A DNA stretch of 64,000 nucleotides. Origin: Convolutriloba macropyga. Lineage: Eukaryota. Location of the stretch: NCBI RefSeq assembly GCF_964194025.1, contig NC_134470.1:20088001-20152000 (forward strand). Direction: 5' to 3'. How positions within the stretch are numbered: the stretch's first letter is position 1; the number at the start of each line of letters is the position of its first letter. The notes under the pieces are model-generated. The model did no database searches and was not told the DNA's origin. It worked only from the letters and a program-made list of their open reading frames with translations. This document shows positions 12,993 to 26,800 of this stretch, in pieces. Made by a program: the position numbers and the translations under genes.

Positions 12993-14842
12993 CACTCTCT
13001 TCACACTCACATGCACACTACCTTCTTGTTCTTCACTTCAAAACACTCTTGCTCTCGTCACACTATAAGTTCTGTTTTCTTAATCCAGTTTCTGTCTATC
13101 TATTATATTGATTTTCGGTAAAAATTTTGGGTCTTTCCCATTATAGTCTGATCAGGCCACGGCCTACTGCACGGGCAAACTGATCAAGATCATATCAAGA
13201 AAGTGCCAGGATTCCTGATTTTGGTCTGAGTGGTCTGCTACATGACCCCCGTACACGACCTTAGACCGTGTGGTTAGGTGATTATAGATGGCTTGGATCG
13301 TTCTGGGGTGGGTGGGGGTGGGGGGTAGTGCTGACTAAGTGAGAATGAAGACAACTCTGTGGCACGTATAATTGTATGGTAAATTGGGTTTTCCTATGAT
13401 GGTCCCCACGATCACGATATAGGTTATATGACCACTAAACTTGGGCGGGGCCATATAATCGGGAGACCCAGTAAATATAGTTCAACGGAGCATCTGGATT
13501 TCTCCATTATCCTCCCTCCCCTCCCCCTCAAGTACGTGGCGAGCCCTCATTTCAATAATAATGTGTCCTTAATTACATTGCGGATCATTTTGTGTAATAT
13601 ATCACGTGCGTCTAGGAGAAAGACGGGAGTTTGGGGAAGGGGCACGAATATGTACGTAAAAGATCCCAAATTAATATGAACCCTCAAGGATGAACGTATG
13701 CAAACTTCTAGGGAGACAGAAATGGTTACCATTAGCTTAAAACTGATATCGACATAAACAATAATGAACAAAAATCAATTTTTCTTAGTCACAAAAAGGA
13801 TTTATGATTGAATCACAACTAAACTTCCAATCGACAAAAGAAAAGTGTCAATTTGCACGTGTGGCATAATATCTTTTGTGATTTAAATGATCATTCGTTG
13901 CTGCCTATAAAAATGCACTCCAAAAATATGTCAGGTACTTCTTTGACGTATTGAGGATTTTTGTTCAAACTCTCCTTGAAATGGGGGGGGGGATATACCC
14001 CCATGTGCGACTCAAATTGTCTTATCAGAGCGCGCTTGGGTCTGTGTCTTTTACCGGTTAAGGACCCCGATTCCAGCTCGTTCTGATCAGACCATTTGAG
14101 TCGGACAATTTTTTTTTTTCAAAAACTAAGTCAAATCAAAAACTCACCTGAAAAATCAAATCTGGATTTTAAAATGGTTGTTAAAAACGGGGTTTATCAT
14201 AAATTTATTCCCATGCATAATTTGTTAAGATGTGATATTAAACACTTGCATAATTCGAATCCTCGGCAATTTTCTGTAGGCACGTAATATTTCCAGGCCC
14301 TCCAAATTTAGTTTCAAGAATTTCCTGTTTTCTGGGTGGAAACTGAGCTTCATTATTTTTGATTTCGTCAGATCGCTAAATTGCTTAAAAATATTGTACC
14401 AGTCTTACAACAGTTGCGGGTAAAGAAAACTAGATTGTTAGCATTGCCTTAAAATACATAGTTCTTTTTTGGTTTACCCTTAGTTTTTAAAAGCGGATTG
14501 TGATTTCATCCGATTGTCTGTCGCTTGTTAGCAGGACCATAAAATTTTGGCGCTAAACCCATTTAAAGTGACTGTATCACATCATTCAAAATCTTTTAAT
14601 GCTTATAATTGTCAATTTTCCTCGTTTTTTGGCGCAGTCAAAAAACGCAAAATGTTACGACAAAAGCACTAATTTAAATGAGAAGCCAAAAACTTTGCAA
14701 ATTAGGTTTTTTTTGAAAACTTTTATCGGTTATCTTATTACGGGAAAAATGTAACAAACATCTCTGAAAAAGACAGAGGCTTTACATTGTTTTCATAAAA
14801 CTCCGAGAACTATTATGTTCTAACTTAAGTGTATTATTTTCT

Positions 14843-17514
14843 AACAAGGAGGCTCGATAATGTGCGTTTGCACATAAAGTTCCGACCCCGCTCATCCACA
14901 TTTTCGGCATAAATGTCTTCCAAATGAGGAACAGATAGAAAACCCCAAAAATTCAAGTATTTTTCAAAAGATCGTATACACAAAGATCGCCTCCAACGCA
15001 AATAACTCAGTGGAGTAAAAAATGCCGCATTAGACTAATGAGATCAGTCGTTATTAAGATAGCAAGTCGAACGAACAACAAAATCAAACAACAATAACAA
15101 CAAATATTGATTACATCCAAAATTTATGTCCATTTAAATAAAAAACCTACAAACAAGCTCAAAATAGCGACATATAAAAATGAAACTAAACAAAACAACT
15201 TTTATTGCACTAGACAAGATATGGGATCACTCTTTAAAAAGGCTCGGTAACAATTAGACAAAAATAACAAAAAACAGCAAAGATAAAAAAAATTGGCATA
15301 TGTTTTTAAAAACAATCAATTTCAAAGTGAAGAAAACCATTGGATGGCTATTGAAAACATCCAATATGTTCATGATCACATAGACCTCTAAAGGAAGGCA
15401 TTAAGACCAATCATTAAAAAATTTTTTATGCGGTTGCAAAAAGAACAACGCAAAGAACAACACAGAGACAACAGACAAAACTTCAATTACAAATTGCGAA
15501 AAAACGCCGAAGCCGTAAAGCCATATTTGGTCCCTCAAAATATGTTCAATTGAGCCTTCCTCGAACGCCAAAAATGTGTTTTACGCCTTTTCATTAATTA
15601 GAATTGGTAACAAGCAGACCAGAAGATAGAAAAAGGGCAAAATTTATTAATTTTTTTGTTTTTTCTTCGAAAACAATTATTTTCTACGCCAATAGCTACC
15701 AAATGAAATGAAAAATAGGTTCGTCTATTCGTCCAAAAGAAGCGGCTGGTCAGAATTAATTAATTATTTAGAATACGTCTTACGTCTACCAAAAGAACGT
15801 TACACATAGACAAAAATAAAAAAATTAGCTTTCTTTTTTGCGAAAAACACGTGTCGAAGACAGTAAATTCATAACGAACGCATTAAACATTATATTTTGT
15901 ACTCTTGCACCTTCCCACAACAAAAAAATTGACATATGTGAGCTGTATTTAACGAATCTAGGTAACAATTAGATAAAAAAGAACAAAAATAAGAAGTTAA
16001 ACAGCGTTAAAAAGAATTTTTCTTTATTTTTGAAAACAATGGTTTTCAGAGTCATGGAAGCCATCAGCTATATACTCGATTCAGAATAAAAGCTCAATTA
16101 TTCCAACTTGAAATGCCATTGTTACCTGTCATTACGTCGGTAATTTCATGCCACTAAAAAGACAAAGTAAAAACGACAGTTAAAAACAATTGTAAAAAAT
16201 TCAATTTAATTCTTCGAGAAAGGGGTTTCGAAGCCGTGAAAACCATAATTTATGCCTTTCAAGACTTTATTATTCAATTGTTTCTTATTTTGAACAACAA
16301 TATTGTAATATGCGAACTGTCAATAATGTGATAATGTGACAAAACGAGAAAAAAAAACGTGAAAAGGGGCCAATACTTAAAAATCAAATAAAAAATATGA
16401 AATCTAGTAGTATCAAAGCAAGAAAACCACAACTTAACGCGTGAAACCGCAAAAAAATTAAAATTTGATTCAATAGAAGGAAGAAGAAACAGAAGCGTTC
16501 TTTCTTTGCTGACACTAAGCTAAATGTTGACCAAATTAAATGAAAAATAGTGGCAAAGTTCAATAAGCCAATGTAAGTTTAAAAAGCAAACGTTGTCAAA
16601 AGTCAAAACGACCAAACTCTTTCGAGTAAGGAAAATAGATGCATTAATTTGGAGCCGTTTAGAAAGTCATTTCGACCTATCAACAGTGAGCTTTGATGTG
16701 AATTGTTCTGTTCTTTAATTAGCATAAAAAAGCTCAAACTTTTTAAAAAAAAAAGACCGAATGATTACAATCGGAATTATGTTTTCGATTGTAACAGTCC
16801 AAAATTGGACCAAAACTAACCTTGGTATTGTTGTTGTTTGTTCATTTAGAACACTCAGTTGTTTAGAACGGTTTAGATCTAGATAAATTGTTAGTAAAAA
16901 GATCAAAAATAAATTCTGCGTTTTTGATAATCATAGAGTAAAGTTAGCAAAAAAGGGCAAAATTTTGATTCTAGACTACTTTCAATAAAACTGGAGGTGG
17001 AAATAGCTCCCTCTGTAGTTTGCAAAAATTGTGTTTGTTGTTTTTGGTTTGTATTTCCGGTAAATCAAAGTGGACTAAAGAAGCTTATTTCGGGCAATTT
17101 TTGATAAAAAAGGCTGAATTTTGAAATACTTAGCCAAATTTTTTGGCCAGAAAAATTCAATCAAAATAGTCAACAATACTTTTTTGTCTCTAAAAAGAAA
17201 ATAAGCAGTGCTATGGTTAACAATTTTTAGAATTTTTAGCGAAATTGACCAAATTTTAGGCGAAAATCCAGAAAATGCGAATAAAAACAACGGAAATCCG
17301 TCTATTATTCACAAAATTTCGAACCCTCGATAACTCCCTTTAAAATACGAAAATCAAAAAATCTTTTTATTTCCATATTCTACGCTGGAGGGGCTTTTTA
17401 GTGATATCACACACAACTCTGTACGATGAATATATCGATCGGTCAAAATTGTCTGAACCAAAAAAAAGTTTGAGTATATAGTTCCTCCCCTCTCAAGAGC
17501 GGTTGGAACAAAAA
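14843..17514 (-). mobile_element. Non-autonomous Helentron-associated element (HINE/DINE-1-like), copy 2
   Basis: Minus-strand 5' end is TTTTT-GTTCCAACCGCTC..GAGGGGAGGAAC. The 3' end is GAGCGGGGTCGGAAC + hairpin ATGTGCAAACGCACAT + CTCCTTGTT, the DINE-1-type end architecture. Confidence 0.7.
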
Positions 17515-19339
17515 GACTTACATTTTGTATATTCTTTCAATGTAAGCTAATTCGAAACACTATTCTTCAGCTATTCTCTTTGCATTTAATATTCAGTTTT
17601 TGTGCAAATAAATGGTGGACGTTGCCTTTACAAAGAGTCTTCACGTCCAAACTAACATCATTTATTTAAAAAATCGATGTTGAGGAACATTTTTCTCGAA
17701 GAAAATTATTACCTGGAAAAAACTTTTTTTCGTTCGTTTTCAGTTGCAGCTTTGACGAAATTTTCTGCCTTATATGCAAATTCTTAGACAAACAACTAAC
17801 TCAAAATAAATCGTCCTATTTAATTGGAACAACTGTTCAAATGATAATCAAGATGTTTCAATTTTTGAAAATTGAACCGCCTATTTCTCATTTCTATCTA
17901 TAAATAATTGTTAACTGTCGAATCCCTACATTTTAATGAGAAAAAAATTGTTACTATTTTCATTTCCATCTATGTCTGGATGTGATCAATTTTGGAGTAT
18001 ACAGCTATTGAGACTGCTATAACATAAGTTAGTTTGGAACGCCATGTTCTTACGCACATTTCTTGCTTCTATTACACTGTTTAAGATGCAATGATGGTAG
18101 TTGCTATGAAACAAAAAATAAAAACAACACCCAGAATCACTAGGTTATGCTCATAAAGTTTGAGCTTGTAAAAAGGAAATTTGGTTGTGAAAAAAGACAG
18201 ATTATTTCATATTTGCAACTCAGTTGGGCATAAACAGCCACTGATTTAGTCAAGTAAATAAAAACTCAAGATAAAAACAATCAGGAAAATAGTGAAGAAA
18301 AATGGCGTATTGCTGCGGAAAGTCCATCTCCATTACATTTGTGAAAACATGGATTATCATAAACTCTAAGATTTTGATTTGGAGATACAATTTTCTTTGA
18401 TTCTAGGTAAATCTCGATCAAATTAAACTAAATAGAGTCAACCAGTAGATTGTTCAACTTTGTGAAAAATATTCATATTGCAGATTCATGCAATTTTTTA
18501 AATTTTGATACCTTCTAAAGGTAATTCGGAGTTTAAATATACTATCTTTATGCAGAAAAGTGATCAAATACAAACCTTTTGTTGTGCAATTAGTACCAAT
18601 TTGACAGCGCTTTTAAACCATTTGAAGGTCAATATCACCACTATGAGTCCCTAGAAAAGAAGACAAATGGGTCAGAAATGTGAAGAGAAGAGCGCTAATG
18701 AAGAAATAGTTTGCAACGATTGCTGTAAGTTTCTTCTTTTACATAATCAGCAAACAATTTAAAAAAACTACATTATGTATAATATCAACCTGCCATCATC
18801 TGATTGCTTTCTTATAACATGAAGCGATCGATGACTAAATCAAAACTTATCTTGAAATAAGGCGAAAGCTTAAAAATGGTCAGTTGAATAGAACAGTCAA
18901 TGTTGCAGCTGGGTGATAGAATGGCACATGGAAAAATCAGTATACAATTTTGTAAATGACTAATTGAAAAAACCGGTTCGAACAATTTTCTGACTTATAT
19001 CAACCATTAAAACAAAATTTGATCAATTTCAAGTTTTGTCTTGGCACAAATTTTTTTGTTAAATTATAATTGCAAAAATCTTAGTTGAACAATTGAATCT
19101 TGGGTAAACAAGCAAATAATCAAAAAAGTCTTTAAGCAATTGGTATCGATCGTATTTTGCTGAGTTTTGTAATATAAATTTAATTAGTTTATACAAATCT
19201 TTCCGCTCACATAGCCCCACAATTGGTTATAGTCACATCTCATTTCGTGACAAAAAACTTTATTCCCCTCCAGTTGGGTGAGAAGGATGCATTTAATGAT
19301 AAAACTCTGCACTAATTAGAAACAAGCATCTGTTGTCAT

Positions 19340-22300
19340 TAGTTCAGCGAATCGGGTAATTATCATGTTTGCGTTCCCACAAGCATTAATTGGATTGAAA
19401 AGGATCGATTCAATTGGTTGATCGCAACGCTAGAACCTTCCGAGAAAGCAATTTTCCGTCCCCGACAAGCTGTTCTCTTTTTTGTCCTTCACGAGGTTTC
19501 AGACAAACCACCAAGAACCTCAAATGACAGCGGCGAAAAATTCACTCAAGCTTCTCGCCAGTCAGCGTCATGGGCAGCTAAATTGCGGTCATCAGCATAT
19601 TAACGCATAACCAGGTGTATCCGCCGCATTTGCAATGATTTTTGATTGAAAGGATGACACCCCTGTTACATCAAGCGCTGCTGGTTTTCCTTGTGTCCAG
19701 GAGGGTAAAGATACATCTGCAGGTCGGGATTGGTTGTTGCTGCTCGGGTTCTTTTTTTTCAAGCAAAGGGCTCGAACTTGCATAGACACAAGATGAAAAA
19801 ACTTTATCTCTCAAACGATCGTGAAGAGGAATATTATCTCCTCGTCCTCCACATGTTAAAAAATTCTCCCGTATATATCGATGACACCATTTTTACAGAA
19901 GGGACAATTTCGGGGAGCATCATATATAGGGATACCCAGCCTATATTTGACGCAACTTGGGAACTCTTCCGCTTCCAGTTGGTCCCATTGCTGAAATAGG
20001 AGGCGTGGTTAAACAAGCACTAGCATTAGGAGCAAGAAGAGACTGGAACCGAGCTCTTTCTGGCACATTTGTTGTCTGTGAAACTTTTCCTGAAGTTTCT
20101 TCTGAATTCTTCTATCTACATCTTGCAATCCAACAAAACAATTCGCGTTAACTTCATTTTACAGAGTGGGTTTCATCCCAAAAAAAGCTTCCACTGCAGA
20201 CGAAACCGACTCCACTGAACTTATAAAAACAGCTAGATGTTGATCATTTGAGCATCTCAAACCCAATCCACCCAAGTTGATGTGCAAGTTTGCTTGTTTC
20301 CAATTGCAGCACGCAACGTTTCCTTTGCTTAATGTTTCTACGCAATCCCTCTCTGCATTGTCAAAATGAAGTGACATTTTAAAACTGAGGGGCTTGGTTT
20401 AACTGTGCGTAGAGAGCACAACAATTTGGGAGTTCCAATACAAATTTTTAGTATGCCATAAGCTGCATTAGGATCGTCAAGTTGCTGTAAGCGATCTAGG
20501 AGAGGCTCAGTTTTCTCCACCCTCTCGAATAAGACTTTTGCATGATAAGTCTCCGTTTCAATTGGCGCCCCAAGTACGTTAAAACCTACAGGATCAGCAC
20601 GCTCAAAGTTTTGGTCTAAACTGCTCATGGTTTGGGGCGACGACAACATACATTCTGAGGTCTTTACGGTGAAGCCCAAGTCTTTGCCTTCAATTTCCAA
20701 AATATCCAAGCTATGCATTAGTTCGGCTTTAGATCCCACCACAATGCCTTTGTCAAGATCCCAAAAGGCCGTCACCAAAATCCGTCGAGTTCTGTAAGAG
20801 CGTGGAGACTTCCTGCTTAATCTTTCCAATGAGAGGCATGAGAGCCAAGGAAATCAAAAGTGGCCCCAGAGGATCATCCTGTCGTACCCCACTTCCACTC
20901 TTTATAGCTTGCACGTTGTAGATCAGTGAACTGTGTTTTGCGTAGCACGAGCTAACAAACGGATATAAACACGGTATTTGTTTCATGCATTCTGATAAAG
21001 CTCCCTGTCATTTGATGGAATTGAAAGCGTTTTCAAAATCTATCTGGAGGACTCCTAAGCCTTCTCTTTTTCCACACTCTTCATATATTAGTTTTGTAGC
21101 GTGGATAATAGATTCCGCGCCTCTGCTTATGGCAACTCCAAGTTGACTGGGGCTGAAAAAATTTTAATGTTTCATCCTTTGCAAAAGAAACAACATCATT
21201 AGCCACAAGACGGTGGAAAGCTCCGACAGCAATGTTTCGTACACCTGTTTTCTTTTTCTTCAGAGCTGTTACAGAGACATTGCAGAAAGTTGGACCAACG
21301 TCATTTCGAAAGCTACTGGCTGAACAGAAGTTGATTAAGCTGGTGAGTTTTTGCATTGGAATTCTGGCCTCCTCAGGGTTGGGTTATTGCAACGAATGGC
21401 GTTTGATGGATGCCCAGAATACATCAAGTTTGGACCGGCTGCAGTACCTTTGGGGACGGAACACAACATGTCACTGTCAACTCTCTCTCAGAATTGATAT
21501 CCCAAGCACAGCTCATCAATAACCGGTAGAATTGGCTTTTTCTTTAGGATGCAGAGAACGAAGATCTTCGTAGGTTTTCTCATTGGAAGGTGCAAGTCCG
21601 TCTGAGCTTGAAATTTTTGCAGCTTTTCCAAAGAGGCCTTGATGACATAGTGTCTTCGCCCTTTCCAACTGTAATGTCGTTTTGACTCGATCTTTCTCTC
21701 CCTTTTTGGCTGCTTTGGACAGAATAGCTTCGTTCCATAGAGTCCCTCTGTCGCCATTTTCCCATCAAGCAATGCGCTCATTGATAAGTTTTTCGTTTTG
21801 GAACTTGTGTTTTGCAACTCCACGTGAAGCTGCGCGCCAAAAAAAATTGGAAGAGGCAAAAAGTGATTTCCTGTTTTTGATATCTGTGGGTTCGTATGAC
21901 ATTTTCCCCAAGTCTCTTATCTGAACTTCAACCATCGCAGTCGAGCTTTAATAGGAACGTGTCTAACTGTGGGTACAAATGTTCTGGAAACAATTTTATG
22001 GTCTGGTAGTGTGTTGTAGGACAGGTCGGAGGGAGAATCTTTTGAAGGCTCATTGGGGTCACTAACCAGTTTGCCGATTTCCACTTGGGCCGCACTCGTT
22101 ACATTTTTCGACTTTGTGCTTTATAGTTTCGAGAGTTTTGCTTCAAAACTATGATAAGCCCAAATTGATTTGGAATCGAAGACTTCGTCCTCTTTTGGGT
22201 TGTTTCCCACATAATAAGTTTTAGTTTTGGAGCCTGTGTGTTCAAAAACTTTGCGGTAACGTCTTCCGTTTCTGTCAGGGAAAAAGACAATTGTGCCTAC

Positions 22301-22900
22301 TGGATTACTGCACTGTGGGTTGAATTCATCCTCTCCAATCTGACCCGACACATGAGGAACTGATGTGGAAACAACTCAATCTGGCTGTTTGGGGTTATGT
22401 TGACGCAATCCTGTGTAATTTTTTCGCTGCCCCCAAAGAACCAGATGTGCTTGCTCGTGTGTTTCGGCCAGTTTTACCCCATGAACTTTTTAGCTTGCTC
22501 AATTTAAATTGTTGTCGAAAAGTGACAACAAAGAAATATCTAATCGAACTCGAAATCAAAATAATCCAGAGAAATGGAAATGTCTGCACTCATAAGCGAC
22601 GTCGAAAAAGAAAACCTTGAGAAATTGTCGTATTTGATGGCCTTGCCCTTTTCTCTGCTGGTGCTGTTTGTTAGAGTTTAAAACTGATGCTAGTTTTGGT
22701 ATAACATTTTTGAATTGTAGAAGAAACCAATAATACACCTCTCTTTTCACTAAGACCGGACAAGAGGGAGGAGTATGGTTTATTCTCAACCCAAAAGTCG
22801 TCGATGAGATTTCCTGTTCACTCCCCCAACTGTCCCAATAAGACTTGCTGAAACACTCCAGTCCAAAAAACCCTTCAACGTTGATAAAAACTGGACGGAA
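19340..22900 (-). mobile_element. Decayed CRE/SLACS-clade non-LTR retrotransposon (RT + restriction-like endonuclease), many frameshifts and stops
   Basis: Fragments read GVRNIAVG..HRLVA, DFENAFN, GVRQDDPLGPLL (consensus GVQQGDPLGPLL), VLGAPI, GGLGLR and the endonuclease motif RPADV..PSW..GKPAALDVT, with PLSFEVLGG near the C-terminus. End coordinates are approximate. Confidence 0.85.
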
Positions 22901-23383
22901 AAACAGGTAAATTCTATAGCTTCAATCAAATTTAGCTTGATAATAGACGTAATTTTACCTTTGCTATAGACCAGTGCACGTCTTCAATTTGTTGGATTAA
23001 TTGGAAAAAAAGGTTTTGGTTAATTTGCAGAACGTTGAAGGACCTATAAAATTTTCGAAACGATATGTATCAATATACTTTGCGACTCCCTTCGCTCTCA
23101 AGTTTTTTCCCGATAAACATAAATAATTAGCAAGTGCGCCCCAGTTCTAGACTGCTCATTTCAGGATACTGCAAAGCTAAAAAGTGGTAATACGGTTTAA
23201 AAAATTCAATGCTTTTTGATAGTCAAAGTATAATCTAATATGTGACTGTAAAATTACATTTCATTGAAAGAGAAAACTGTGAAAACAAGTGAAAAAAATT
23301 GTTTGAGACAGAATTGTTTAAACAGTTAAAATTGTTTCTTGATTAAGACTTCGTACCAATTGGCTGATCCATGTAGGATCAGC

Positions 23384-23859
23384 GGTCACATGACAATTTA
23401 CCCAATGCCATTATACTCAATGTCATTTTACCTAATGCCAAAATACCCAATTCCATTATACCCAATGCCATTATACCCAATTCACATGGATATTTTCGCT
23501 ACATAATCCGGGTACTAATTAGCAGAAAATAGCTCTTACACGTATGATTTAACAAGCGGATAATTTAATCCCATGTTTGGTTGTGGTATTTTGATATCAA
23601 GTCCCACGGGCCGCTGAGGCATGGCCATGGCCATTAAGCATAATAGTTTAATCACTTGTTCGGTTGTGATAGTTTCCTATCAAGTCGCACGGGACGCTGA
23701 GGAATGGCCATGGCAATCAAATATGTTAGAACATAGGGTAATAACGACTGCTAATTTGTTGTCGGATTATTGAACGGAAGTATCAAAGTACATTGGGTTT
23801 AATGGCATTGGGTATTTTAGCACTGGGCATAATGGCATTGAGTATATTGTCCTGACACC
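23384..23859. mobile_element. Foldback/MULE-like non-autonomous element, arm type B
   Basis: TIR ggtcacatgacaat / attgtcctgacacc, arms of 15-bp cccaatgccattata repeats, and a 9-bp TSD aggatcagc / aggatcaac. Confidence 0.8.
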
Positions 23860-26800
23860 AGGATCAACATACACCATCTGTTGACAGATTTTGTTTACCA
23901 CATACACAGCAATTGATAGGCGCCATAACTTAAACGCACGAGATCAAAACATTACAAAATTTGTCAAGCATGTCTGAGATGCTGCAGAATACTTGCCTCT
24001 ATTAAAACTTACATCCACTACAAACTGGGTGAACAAATTCCAACGAATAGAATGAAACGTTAGATTATGTTCAAACTTGTTGCAAAGCTTTCATTTAGCA
24101 GATTCAAGCAAATTTTTAAACCATGGAACCTTCTAAATGCAATTGGTATTTCGCCTAGATTTTAAAACGTTTTCTTCTCAAAATTCAATATCTCAAATAA
24201 AAATAATCAAAACAGAAGCCCAATTAGTCAGACACGTTGTGCCATTATTCAAAAAATCCACCTTGTCACACAAGAGTACGCTGTTAGAATAGTTAAATGT
24301 GTCCTTGCAGTTGTAACAAAACTCATTTAGTTACGCAATCAGTAAGCAAAAACAACTTCCGAGAACATCATTAATAAACATTAAGCAATGCGTTCGATTT
24401 TTAGGAAGGTGACAATTTTGAGACCTAAAATGATAATGAAATCAATTTGACAATATCCAGGTCTCACAACACACTCGCAAATTAGCTTTCGATATGCCAA
24501 TTAAAAACTTGACTGGGATGCTTTTTTGCAGGTCCAATACGGCTAAGGCTGTTCAACGAAAACCAGGGAAATTTATGCCTGCTTTCTGATAATTGGAAGG
24601 TGAAAATGTTCATGAAGGTTCTGAAGCAATTTAAACCGTCGATTTCAGATTGGGCGTTTTTATATTTTCCTCAATATGTCAAACTACATTATAAACCCGA
24701 ATCTTACGGGCCCAGCAAGATTCAGATCTATGAAAGCAAGTGTAAACATACCCGGCAGATTGCCGGAAAATAGCCGCCGTTGATTCCAATAAGAATGATT
24801 GGGATTGAAAGAATAGAAGATATTGAAAAAAAAAATTTTTGTACAAAAACATTTTTTAAGTCCGATTTATTTTGATGGCATTTCGTAGTTGAACATAACG
24901 TACTTCTGTTTCTTAGAGAGAGGCTACAGGGGCTACTATCAATACCAATAAGCATTAGAGATGGTAACTAATACCTATAGGAACGACGTTCCAATAGCGG
25001 GCATCTAAAATTGGGCTTTATGGGTTTATCCCGTTTCTACTTCTGACTTCAATTTTTTATACTGACTCTGTTCATTTTGAATTGCTTTGCTGAGCAACTG
25101 ATGTTCAAAATCACTTTTAACAGAATGAGAGAAGAGAGAAACTAGCCTGGAGAAGTCAAAAAGATATCACGCAAAATGTTGAAAAAGCGGCAAAATGAGG
25201 TAAAGCGAAACATTTTTCTATTCGACGAAGTAAAAAAAAAACATAGTAGGACAAGTCCTGATGACGTACAATTCAAAGAATTTTTATTGACTAAACAGAA
25301 AAGTAGACCTAGAACGGACTATGAATGGATTGGAAAAACCATTTAGAAAAAAATCCGATCCAAAAAAAAACGAAAAAACAGTAAAAATCGAAGTCAAATT
25401 GCCGCATGTGAACAAAAAACCACTAGCGAGAAAGCGAATTTTTGTTCAAACACCATTTTCTCACTCTACTTTAAATTTGGAGCGAAAACAATTCACGCCG
25501 CAAAAACACTCGCTTTTTCGCTCCACTTCCTGTTTCGGCGTGACCAAAATCACTACTCCAATTTGACTTCAAAAATCATGAAAATGTGTGAACAGATCTT
25601 AAAAAAAAACATAGCCGGAAGAAATCCGGAAACGACTCGAAGTGAAAATCCATTTAAACGCCATCCAACTACTCATCAAACAAAACGTGCCTTCGCTAAT
25701 TTATGATTATCTTGAAACAAAGTCATGAAACAAAAAAGTAGAAACAATAAAATCAAATCTGTTAAAATATGATAAATCTGATCAAATTTTGTTATAAATT
25801 GAGATCCCGAAAAAACTTTCTCTGACAAAATAACTTCATCAAAACAACTAGTACTTAAAAAACCACTAATGTGAATTTTGAAAAAATACTTTAGGCTAAA
25901 TTATGAAAAAAAAGCTCTTAAAAACAACTCACTGAAAAACTGGAAAAAGTTACTAAATTTTTTAATATTTCAAAAAACATATAAATCCAAAGAAAAATTC
26001 CATTCAGCCATTAGGGTATCGAGATGCTCGCAAAACAATAGGCAAGTCATAATAGGCAAAGAAACTTAGCTAAAAACAGAAAAAAAAACCGAAAAACTGC
26101 AAAAAATTAAGAAAAATAGTTCCAACTTTCGCCATTTTTTTGTCATATTTCTCAATAAAATATGATTCTTACCCACAAAACTGTAGCCAATTGTTTTCAT
26201 AAATTTTCTCAAGTAGAAGGGGTTTCTTCAATACCCATTTGAGCCAGTAAAACCATATAATCGTCAAAAAAAAAACGCAAAAATTAGCCCGAAAATCAGC
26301 AAAATACATTAAAAACCTCCGAATTATCATAAAATTCATATGAATTTCCAGAAACCTTTAAAACACTACCGAAACCAGCCTAAAATTAAAACAAAATCAT
26401 AACCAAACCTCTTAACCAAAATAAATGAAAAAAAAACTGCTTCAAAATGCCGCACGTGAACAAAAAAATTTCGCTCGCTTAGAGAAAATTTTTTCACACA
26501 TCAATTTCTCGCTCTCTCAAAAATAGCGGTATGAACAAAAACCACTCTCTTTTCGCTCCGCTCTTCACTTTTGTTCAGCACCAAAATCACTCCAAATTTT
26601 TTCACGCGTTTCATTTCCCGCTTCAAAAATCACTCCAATAAAATTGATTAAAAAAAGGACTTCTCCAATGCTCCTCTTCGAATCGTAAAAAAAGACAGCG
26701 CCCCAATACAATTCAAATTCTTTGAATTGTAAAAAAAATAGGAGCGCTATAATAGCCGGCTGAGAAGATGAGGGCGGCTATTAAACAGTTAAACTTTCTT

